Shown here in pieces: positions 54,715 to 64,000 of a stretch of 64,000 nt of DNA. The DNA lies in the NCBI GenBank assembly GCA_030390025.1, contig CM059431.1:142106001-142170000 (forward strand). The letters run 5' to 3'. Every line of letters begins with the position of its first letter. The stretch's first letter is position 1. A program made the translations under genes and the position numbers. A model generated the notes under the pieces. It was not told where the DNA came from. It worked only from the letters and a program-made list of their open reading frames with translations, and made no database searches. This DNA comes from Squalus acanthias (Eukaryota).

Positions 54715-54720
54715 TATAAA
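54715..54720 (+). promoter_or_regulatory. TATA box of GPCR copy 3
   Basis: CCTATAAAGGG about 80 nt upstream of the ATG, positionally conserved with copy 2. Confidence 0.65.
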
Positions 54721-54799
54721 GGGAGAGCATTTACGGATCTCCGATTGCCTCTAGTCGGAACCGTAAAGCCGCTCAATCTTCACACAAATCTGCAAAACA

Positions 54800-54869
54800 A
54801 TGGCACGGCCAGCAATTCTACAGATAAGGGACATTTACTATCATTTTCTCGGAGCCTTTGGCGTTCCCG
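54800..54869 (+). CDS. GPR139/GPR142-like GPCR, copy 3, coding exon 1 (MARPAILQIRDIYYHFLGAFGVP + 1 nt)
   Basis: ATG 80 nt after TATAAA. The 70-nt exon ends at CCCG|GTAAGT, with the same length and phase as exon 1 of copy 2. Too short for the ORF track. Confidence 0.88.
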
Positions 54870-55619
54870 GTAAGTCAATGTATCCTGTTGCCTAATAGCT
54901 GTTGACTAACTGAGTGTTAATGCAACATCTTCTGAGAATGTCCTTATTGCAGATTCATTCATCCACCGGGATCAGTCGCTGAATATCAGCGAGAATCCTT
55001 CCAGACCGCGCGGGCGCTGTTCTGGTGGGCAGATCCTTTGTACCGGACGCTCAACATTCCTCCCTATACTGAGGGAGGGCGAGGCTAATTCCCCGGCCTC
55101 TCCAACCGTGCATAGATCACTAAAGAACGTGTTGCTCAGTGTCTATAATATTCACCTCATTTGTGCCGTTGTTCCCTGTCTATATTAATGAGATAATTCC
55201 TCAGACTGCAGTCACCTCCACCCAACAGGGGACTTTGAAAGATATTTTGAGAAATAATTTCCACTGAAGAAGATGCTCCACTCCCCTCGGCGGAATTTGG
55301 ACATAGATTGAACGTTTCTGTCTCAGCTGAATGTTTCATTTGAATTATATCTTTCCATTAATTGCCGTGAAATAATATTTAATATTTGACAAAGACTTAG
55401 TGACGTATGCTGCAAGGATGAACGTTTTTCAGTCCCTCTATATTGAATGTCCAATGAATAATTTATGTTAAACAAAATACATTAACCCTCGCCTATATTC
55501 ATGATAACATTCAGTGTCTATGACCCTAAGTAGGGACACATCTGAACATTTCCCCACAATATGCTGTGAGATTTAACTGAGTGACCCTGTTACTGACCTC
55601 TTGTCCCTATTTCTCACAG

Positions 55620-56512
55620 CGAACCTACTGACAATCGTGATTCTCTCCAGAGGAAACTGCGGCCTTTCCAAATGTATCTCTGTCTACATGGTGGCCATGG
55701 CAACAGCAGATCTCCTGGTCATGATCATCAATATATTAGTGAATCGCATTTTACGTTATCACTTTCCACATACATTCCTGTCCTACACTGTCGTTTGTAA
55801 GATCATTATATACCTGCAATGTGTCGCCCTGTATTTGTCGGTGTGGTTTACAGTCTCGTTCACATTTGACCGATTTGTAGCTATATGTTGTGAGAAGTTT
55901 AAAACCAAGTATTGCACAGTGAGAACTGCGGCCGCGGTTATAACAACGGTCTCTGTCCTGATCTGTTTACAGAGCCTCCTCTTTTGGTTTGCATTTCAAC
56001 CTGAGCGAATAATTAACAATGTTCACTGGGGTTGCCGACCCAGAGTGGAGTTTTCTTCATCGCCTGTAGGTGTGGCGTTTTCCTGGTTACGTAGCATTTG
56101 TTTTTCTTGGCTTAGTTATGTTTTGATATTACTGTTTAATTGTTTGACAGCCAGACGTATTTTAGTGGCCAGTAGAGCCCGCAGGGGACTCCGGGGTCAC
56201 AGCAGTGAGAATCAGAGCGATCCAGAGATAGGGAACCGAAGGAAATCCATTGTTTTACTTTTCAGTGTATCGGCCAGTTTTATACTGTTGTGGCTGACAA
56301 CTACCGTTACTTATTTAACTACCGGACCGACAAACACCGCGCATTACCGAGGCGATTATGCAGCCCCTGCCTATATTGCCGCTGAAACCGGATATATGCT
56401 CATGTATTTGAGCTCCTGTACAAACACGTGTATTTATGCAGCTACACAAACTAAATTCAGGGAAGAGCTGAAGCAGGTGATGAAAATTCCTTGGACATTT
56501 ATTTGCAAATAA
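55620..56512 (+). CDS. GPR139/GPR142-like GPCR, copy 3, coding exon 2; spliced product 320 aa, intact 7TM
   Basis: Acceptor tatttctcacAG at 55618-55619. Uninterrupted ORF with TM1 GVPANLL, TM2 AMATADLL, TM3 C...FDRF, ECL2 WGC, TM6 FILLWL, TM7 SSCTNTCIY, H8 KFREEL. Motifs resemble GPR139 (GLPANIL, LALAAADIL, SVWITV..DR), recalled from memory; orthology not established. Confidence 0.9.
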
Positions 56513-57895
56513 ATGAAAAAATAAAACAAAGATTCCGGTCCTAACTAGAGTTCAAATACTATGGTTTGCTGTTGTGAAAATTCAAAGGCATCAGAGAACA
56601 TTTCTCCCACTTTGTGCCGTGTCTCTGATGTCTGCTGCTTTCCCCGGTGAACTTAATCGATTCCATCTAAAACAGCGCATTTCCCGCTCAAGATCCAAAG
56701 AGAACAGTCATGATTGAGCTTCAGCAGTGGAGTAGAACACGTGGGCGTCAGCGTTAACTGCATTACACCGCAGGTACTGGAATGATTCGCCCCAGTTTAA
56801 TTAATAGTTACATTTTCCTTTAATGTTGAAACAAATTGTTACAATGGTGGTTTTCTGTAATTCTGTAATTTCGGTGTGAATGTTGCAGGCGCTGGTCTCC
56901 CCATCAGACTCCGCCCCCCATTGTCTCCTGGACCAATAGATCGGGGCCCTGTCTCCTTATCAGTGTCTAATGATGGAGACAGTAGGAACTTGACTCGTCA
57001 ATGTGACATTAGACATCTTTGTTCACAGATGTTTACTTAAATCCCAAACTGGTCATCAAAATGTTGTAGAATTGATAACAGGGGAACAGATAATTTTTCC
57101 AAACCAATCCGTGACCGCGTTTACACTGCACCCGAGAAAAAATTGCAATCACTTTACCCGCCTTATCTCAACATCCCATCAACCTATTTTTATTCATTGA
57201 TATATCCAATTTAAACTTGAAATGGACATCATTTCTCCCTCTGTGAAATCCCACAGCCTCACAACTCTCCATGTAAAGAGGGTTATCCTACTCTCAGTTC
57301 TAAATCTCTTCCATTTATTCCTTTATCTATGGAAGTTAGTTCTTGATCCTCAACTAATGGAAACTGTCTCCTATATATGCTATCACGTCCCTTCTTAACG
57401 TAAGTCACCTTGGCACGACTCGTCAAAAGATATAAGTCTGGAATCAATGCACAATCTCGTGTAAGTCAATACATTTTAGTTAAGATGGTTAATTGACAGC
57501 TTTCTGTTGGAGATGGTTGTGTCCTTGCTTAAACTGAATAATGAGAAGAATGTAGTTGTTACCTTAAAATCAAACACCTATAGAATCCGCCCCCCCCCCC
57601 TCAATCCGGATTGACAGAAAGGGCAGGAATGTTTTATGTCGGATGTATTGCGCTGCATGATCCTGGATTATCGCTGTGTGTGCAGAAGTGACGTGTTGTG
57701 CAAGAAGCAACTAGCCTGCGATATTCATGATGAAGATTCCATGGTGAACAGGTCCAAGACACGGTCAATAATGCTGAAAACAACCCTACTTGAAAAGGTT
57801 AATGTGGTTCTGGAGAGTTTAATGTGTAAAACCGATGTGTACAGATCTGCACAAAAGAATTGACCGTGATAGATTTACGTTGCTGATGAGATATA

Positions 57896-58641
57896 GGGCC
57901 AGAAATTCGGCTCCGTGGCTTCCCGCGAGTGCAAGGATCGCGCTCGCACCTACCTACCGCGCCTGCTGTTGACCCCTGGGCCCGCGGGGGATTCGGGTCC
58001 TGGGCCTCCTCCAACTGCCGGCGCGCAGTGCTTGCGATGCTCAGGGGCGTAGTTAGTGTGATGCGTCCCCTGGGATCACGTGGGCCATGGAGAGCCAATG
58101 GTAGCAGGCCATCTTTCATTCATAGATTTGACAGGAAACCGCTCAAATCTATGAATACAAATCGGCCCCAAAACCTCCCTAAAACTACAAATATTTTTTT
58201 TTTAATCACATTTTTAAAATTACTATAAATAACATAAATTAACTATTTTAAACAAAAATTTAAAATTTTGAAAAAAAAGTACACTTTTTAACGGGGCTAA
58301 AACTAAACTTACCTTTCTTTAAAGTAATTAAAAAAGATAAATCTGTGAAAAATATTTAATTTGAATAAAATCACCACTTACCTTGTTAAAAGAAGGCCTT
58401 GCGCCGCCTTTTTCAAAGTGTATCTTCTCAGTGCTTACCCTCAGGGAGGAACCTGTAAAAAATACCGAAGTGCGAGGTCTGCTTGCTGCCTCTCCCTCGT
58501 GCGCGTTCGACCTGTGAACCTCTTCCTTCAGGGGAACGGAAGTGCCGGTTTCCCGCGCATGCGCAGTGCATGCAAGAAACCGGCACTTTCGTTCCGTCCA
58601 CGGGTGAGTACATAGTGCGGACTCACCCGTGGCGAGCCTAA
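57896..58641 (+). mobile_element. Harbinger-like MITE, right TIR incomplete
   Basis: Left TIR GGGCCAGAAATTCGGCTC; internal homology to 3404..4146; absent from the paralogous site near 18095-18110. Confidence 0.8.
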
Positions 58642-58989
58642 TGCTGACATTAAATACTCTAATGCTACGACAGAGGGCACTGTACGGGAAAGGATAATCA
58701 GACGGTCCTGAAGCCTGCTAATGTTATACTGTATTGGTTATCTTAATATTGTCGTAATGTTAACCTTTAACCTTTGCCTGTTAAGCAGTCAATTTAAAGT
58801 AGCGCTGAGCTGATGAGCGAGGGCTCACTCTGCAGCAATGGTCAGATTCAGGTTGCAGGAAGAAGAAATGTAATTAAAGACATGACATTGTAAACTGATT
58901 CATACATTTCAGATAACTTTAATCATTAAATGACAGTGTTGGAAATCTGTTAATTATGTAAAGGTAAACATCTGAACTGCCATCATCAT

Positions 58990-59285
58990 TTTTTTATTCG
59001 TTCATGAGATGTGGGAGGCGCTGGCAAGGCCAGCATTTATTGCCCGTCCCTCATTGCCCTTGAGAAGATGCTGGTGAGCTCTTGAACCGCTGCAGTCCCT
59101 GTAGTGAAGGAATTCCTACAGTGCTGTTAGGGAGGGAGTTCCAGGATTTTGACTCAGCGATGATGAAGGAACGGCGATATACTTCCAAGTCAGGATGGTA
59201 TGTGACTTGGAGGGGAATTGTAGCTGGTGTTCCCATGCGCCTGCTGCCCTTGTCCTTCTAGGTGGCAAAGTTCGCGGATTTGAGA
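58990..59285 (-). mobile_element. LINE 3' end fragment (same tail as 39978..40345)
   Basis: SKSWNSLPNSTVG remnant and shared 3' tail. Confidence 0.7.
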
Positions 59286-60261
59286 CTTGGCGAGTAAATT
59301 GGTACAAATGGTACAGGAATAAAGACTGATTTATAATTAAAGTATTCTCTTGGTCGATTTGCAATTAAAGGAACAAGAGTGAAATTATTGGTAATATAAC
59401 GAACTAAGGTAAATATACGTGTCAGCCCAAAGGAAAATGTATTCTTTAAGTAATAGAAACTGTAATTTATGATAAAAACATGAGTTCATTAAATTTTCCT
59501 CATATGGAGTTGTATTTTCACTTCTATATGATTAGATAATGCAAAATTGTGAGGATTGATACGAAGAGGCAGTGGAACTGTGTCAGTTTGGAATGATCAT
59601 TCACAATGGTCCTAGACACTGAGTTCAGAAATACAACACGTTTGAATCCCCAACCAACAATCAGCAGCTGTGATTATAGTTAGTACCTTTAATTGTATGT
59701 TTAAGTACTATTGCATATACTGTGTGCTTCAAATACCTATGCCACCTAACGTCAATGTTCAGGAACCTGATTGAAAACCTTTCGCTAACAATAGCTTCAG
59801 TACTTTGTGAATGAGCTTCATTTATTAAGTGTGATTAAGTGCCCTCTTTACCCGTCACTCTTCAAAGTTCCACTTGATCCTGAGCTTCTGTAAAAGACAA
59901 ACTCCACTTAGTTTCAAGTCTCTGTGGAGCCCAGGTTTTGCCAATCCGGCTGCCGCCCAGCTTCTGGGGCAGTGATTATGAGTTTGGAGTAATTCTGTGT
60001 AACAGGCACATTCTCATTTAACTGGAGTCAGAAGACCAACAGTACTTAAGGCACCAGTCAGGCTTCATGCAGAGGTTTTCTCTCCATCAGACTCAGATGC
60101 GATGTATCTGCACCCAGCTGCAATCGTGTGAAGTCGATATGTAATTAACCACATCATCCAAAATCAAAAAGTAAAATAGAAAGCAAAGTTAACCATTACA
60201 TTACCGTGTCAAATTCCATCCCATATGGTTGTGATTCTCGCCCTCGTTTCTAATTGAACAG

Positions 60262-60429
60262 CTACTACTTAAAAATATCTCTGCCCTAACCTTTCCAATT
60301 CTGACGAAGGGTTCGATCCGAAACGTTGGCTCTGTTTCTCTCTCCTCGATGCGTCCTGACCTGCTGAGTGTTTCCAGCATTTTCTGTTGTTATTTCAGAT
60401 TCCAGCATCCGCTCTATTTTGCTATTCTT
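60262..60429 (+). mobile_element. Solo Penelope family A-related 3' terminal fragment with a hammerhead-like core
   Basis: CTGACGAAGGGTTCGATCCGAAACGTT at 60301; TSD ATTGAACAG (60253-60261 and 60430-60438). Confidence 0.82.
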
Positions 60430-62900
60430 ATTGAACAGTTGTTGTGTTCTCCTAGCATTCCTGTGCCCTCTATTTGTTATTAAACGGTTAATATTTTTCC
60501 ATGGCCCTACTTCTAAATAAATGGTTTATGTTCCCCCTGGTCCCCATTTATAATTAAACAGTTACAGCATTCCCCATAATTCTCCTGTCCTCTATTTCTA
60601 ATTAAAATGTAAACATGTTCCCCTTACTTCCCCTGTCCTCTATCTCTAATTACACAGTTAATGTGTTCCCCTAAATTACACGGTCTTCTATATCTAATTA
60701 CAGTTACTGTGTTCCCCTAAATTACCCTGCCCTCTATCTCAAATTACACAGTTACTGTGATCCCCAAAATTAACCTGTCCTCTGTCACTAAATACACAGT
60801 TACTGTGTTCCCCTAAATTACCCTGTCCTCTATCTCAAATTACACAGTTACTGTGATCCCCTAAATTACCCTGTCCTCTATCTCAAATTACACAGTTACT
60901 GTGATCCCCTAAATTACCCTGTCCTCTGTCACTAATTACAGTTACTGTGTTCCCCTAAATTACCCTGCCCTCTATCTCTAATTACACAGTTACTGTGTTC
61001 CCCTAAATTACCCTGTCCTCTATCTCTAATTACACAGTTACTGTGTTCCCCTAAATTACCCTGTCCTCTATCTCTAATTACACAGTTACAGTGTTCCACT
61101 AAATTACCCTGTCCTCTATCTCTAATTACACAATTACAGTGTACTCCTAAATTACCCTGCCCTCTATCTCTAAATACACAGTTACTGTGTTTCCCTAAAT
61201 TACCCTGTCCTCTATCTCTAATTAAACAGTTACTGTGTACCCCTAAATTACCCTGTCCTCTATCTCTAATTACACAGTTACTGTGTTCCCCTAAATTATC
61301 CTGTCCTCTATCTCTAATTACACAGTTACTGTGTTCCCCTAAATTACCCTGTCCTCTATCTCTAATGACACAGTTACTGTGTTCCCCTAAATTACCCTGT
61401 CCTCTATCTCTAATTACACAATTTCTATATTCCCCTAAATGACTCTGTCCTCGATCTCTAAATACACAGTTACTATGTTCCCCTGAATTACCCTGTCCTC
61501 TATCACTAATTAAACAGTTACTGTGTTCTCCTGAAGTACCCTGTCCTCTATCTCTAATTACACAGTTACTGTGCTCCCCTAAATTACCCTGCCCTCTATC
61601 TCTAATTACACAGTTACTGTGCCCCCCTAAATTACCCTGTCCTCTATCTCTAATTACACAGTTACTGTGTTCCCCTAAATTGCCCTGTCCTCTATCTCTA
61701 ATTACACAGTTACTGTGTTCCCCTAAATTTCCCTGTCCTCTGTCACTAATTACACAGTTACTATGTTTCACTAAATTACCCTGTCGTCTATCTCTAATTA
61801 CAAAAATGAGAAGTCGCTAACACCAGGTTATAGTCCAACAGTGTTATTTAAAATTACGAGCTTTCGGAGCACCGCTCCTTCTTCAGGTACAGGTACAGTC
61901 CGCATAATGATCTAATTACAAAGTTACTGTGTTCCCCTAAATTACCCTGTCCTCTATCTCTAATGACACAGTTACTGTGTTCCCCTGAATTACCCTGTCC
62001 TCAATCACTATTTACACAGTTACTGTGTTCCCCTGAATTATCCTGTCCTCTATCTCTAATTACACAGTTACTGTGTTCCCCTAAATTATCCTGTCCTCTA
62101 TCTCTACTTACAGTTACTGTGTTCCCCTAAATTACCCTGTCCTCTGTCTCTAATTACACAGTTACTGTGTTCCACTAAATTACCCTGTCCTCTATCTCTA
62201 ATTACAAAGTTACTGTGTTCCCCTAAATTGCACTGTCCTCTATCTCTAATTACACAATTACTGTGTACCCCTAAATTACCCTGTCCTCTATCTCTAATTA
62301 CACTGTTACTTTGTTCCCCAAAATACCCTGTCCTCTATCTCTAATTACAAAATTACTGTGTACCCCTAAATTACCCGGTCCTCTATCTCTAATTACACAG
62401 TTACTTTGTTCCCCAAAATACCCTGTCCTCTATCTCTAATTACACAATTACTGTGTTCCCCTAAATTACCCTGTCCTCGATCTCTAATTACACAGTTACT
62501 GTATTCCCCAAAATTACCCTATCCTCTATCTCTAATTACACAGTTACTGTGCTCCCCTAAATTGCCCTGTTCTCTATCTCTAGTTACACAGTTTCTGTGC
62601 TCTCCTGAATTACTCTGCCCTCTATCTCTAATTACACTGTTAGCGTGTGTCCCTAAATTACCCTGTCCTCTATCTCTAATTACACAGTTACTGTGTTCCC
62701 CTAAATTACCCTGTCCTCTATCTCTAATTACACAATTACTGTGTGCCCCTATAGATCCCGTTATTCTACTGATAAGTACACAATTGTTGTGTTCCCTAAA
62801 GTCTCCTTTTTCGTTTTTTAACTAAAGAGTTGCTGCCTTCCCCTAAATTTACCTGTCCTGTAATTAATTATACACTTACTGTATTCCCATGAATTCCTCT
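60430..62900. repeat. 48-bp minisatellite, about 50 units (CACAGTTACTGTGTTCCCCTAAATTACCCTGTCCTCTATCTCTAATTA)
   Basis: Period 48, matching the 16-aa periodicity of the ORFs that run through it. Confidence 0.95.
61805..61910 (-). mobile_element. 106-bp Penelope family B terminal fragment with a hammerhead motif, inside the minisatellite
   Basis: Minus strand UAC-CUGAAGA-A-GGAGC-GGU-GCUCC-GAAA-GC-UC-GUA; 12-bp TSD TCTAATTACAAA (61793-61804 and 61911-61922). Confidence 0.85.
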
Positions 62901-62909
62901 ATTACCCGT

Positions 62910-63975
62910 CGTGTACGGTCCAAGCTCATGTTGACCCGAAGACCACCTCCTGCTGCCTTAACCCCATTCCCACTAAACAGCTGACCATCCAGTTTCTCTT
63001 CCTAGCCCCATGCTATTTGATATTGTGAACGGTTCCCTCTGCTCTGGTACTGTCCCGCTCCCATTCACATCTGCCTCCATCACTCCCTCCTGACAATTCC
63101 ACCCGTCATCCCCGCTGACTTTTGCAATCTACCGCCCCATCTCCAACAGCATATTCCTGTGCAAATTACTAAACTTATTGTCGCCTCCCAAATTACTGTC
63201 CATCTTTCCCACAATTCCCTGTTTGAATCTCTCCAATCAATTTCTGCCTTTGCACAGCACTTGAAATGGCTCTTATTGAAGTCACAAATTATATCCTCTG
63301 TGACTCTGACCATGGTGCATTATCGCTCTTCATTCTTCCCGTCTTTAACTCGGTTAACAACACCATCCTGCTCCACGCCTCTCCTCCATTTTCCAGCTGT
63401 GTGGAACAGCCCTCACCTGGTTCCACTCTTACCTATGCAGCCTGAGCCAGAGAATATCCTGAAATGACTTATCTTCGCGCTCTCGCAACGTTACCTCTAA
63501 CCCCAAAGGTTATCCTCTTTGATCCTTCTATTTCGCATATACATGCTGCTCCTTTGCGACATCAGCCGGAAACACAACATCAGATTCCACATGTATGCTG
63601 AAGACACACAACTCTACCTCACCACCAACTCTCTTAACTCCTCCACTGTCTCTGTGTTGTCAAATAGCTTGTCTGCCCTCCATTCAAGGATGAGCCAAAA
63701 TTGCCTCCTGTGCATCCTCCACTTTCTTCGCCCCACCATTGGCAGCCGTGCTTTTAGTTGTATAGGCTCTAAATACTGGAATTCCCTTCCTAAAACTCTG
63801 CATTTCGCCTCTCCGTTAAGACTCTCCTTAAAACCTACCTCTGGTCATGCTTTTGGTCACCTGTCACGTGTCTCCATCTTTGGCTCCTTAGCCCTTTGTG
63901 TCTGATTACGCTCATTTGAAGCGCCTTGGGGAGTTTTATTAATTTAATTGTGCTATATAAATGAACGTTGTTGTA
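62910..63975 (+). mobile_element. Degraded L2-type LINE fragment (uninterrupted paralog of 19110..21600)
   Basis: FHMYAEDTQLYL, IGSRAFSCIGSKYWNSLP; shares internal junctions with the first copy. Confidence 0.78.
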
Positions 63976-64000
63976 ATAATAGGTCCATGCTGGCCCGTCC

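Noticed and set aside
55601..55619. ORF-track start MSLFLT for the receptor (and the GTG start at 15804)
   Set aside because: 55601 is a TTG in the intron's polypyrimidine tract and 15804 is an internal Val codon; the real starts are in the upstream 70-nt exons.
54800..56512. Assigning the symbol GPR139 or GPR142
   Set aside because: Similarity is at motif level and recalled from memory; the multi-copy, divergent state argues against one-to-one orthology.
60932..61771. 279-aa Cys/His repeat protein (and the antisense ORF 62406..62825)
   Set aside because: A by-product of a 48-bp unit lacking stops; no unique domain or gene structure, and 2-nt-short units break the frame.
60640..62740. RAG recombination signal array (CACAGTT resembles the heptamer CACAGTG)
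   Set aside because: The best nonamer match at a 12-bp spacer is only 5/9 (TAAATTACC), and no V, D or J segments are present.

Overview
Eukaryotic, repeat-rich DNA, most likely from a cartilaginous fish (it carries an HE1/V-SINE-type SINE and shark-type CR1 and Penelope families). The genes are a tandem, same-strand cluster of three two-exon class A GPCRs resembling GPR139/GPR142. Copy 1 (<1..672) is partial, with a nonsense codon and a frameshift. Copy 2 (14893..16681) has a 10-nt deletion in TM6. Copy 3 (54800..56512) is intact, 320 aa. Copies 2 and 3 sit in a duplicated cassette: 26-bp satellite, conserved palindromic promoter block, TATA box, gene, conserved 3' flank, 48-bp minisatellite, L2 relic. 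Between paralogs the intracellular-facing segments are almost identical, while the extracellular halves of TM2, TM3 and TM5 change at nearly every codon. This suggests a birth-and-death receptor repertoire diversifying its ligand pocket, possibly an undescribed chemosensory or immune receptor family (inference). The rest is nested transposons: many CR1 LINEs, two Penelope families carrying minimal hammerhead ribozymes (seven motifs, TSDs of 8-12 bp), Harbinger-type MITEs with AWT target duplications, a LINE with a tRNA-derived 5' head, and three tandem-repeat families (26, 48 and about 67 bp). All alignments were made by eye and no database search was run.
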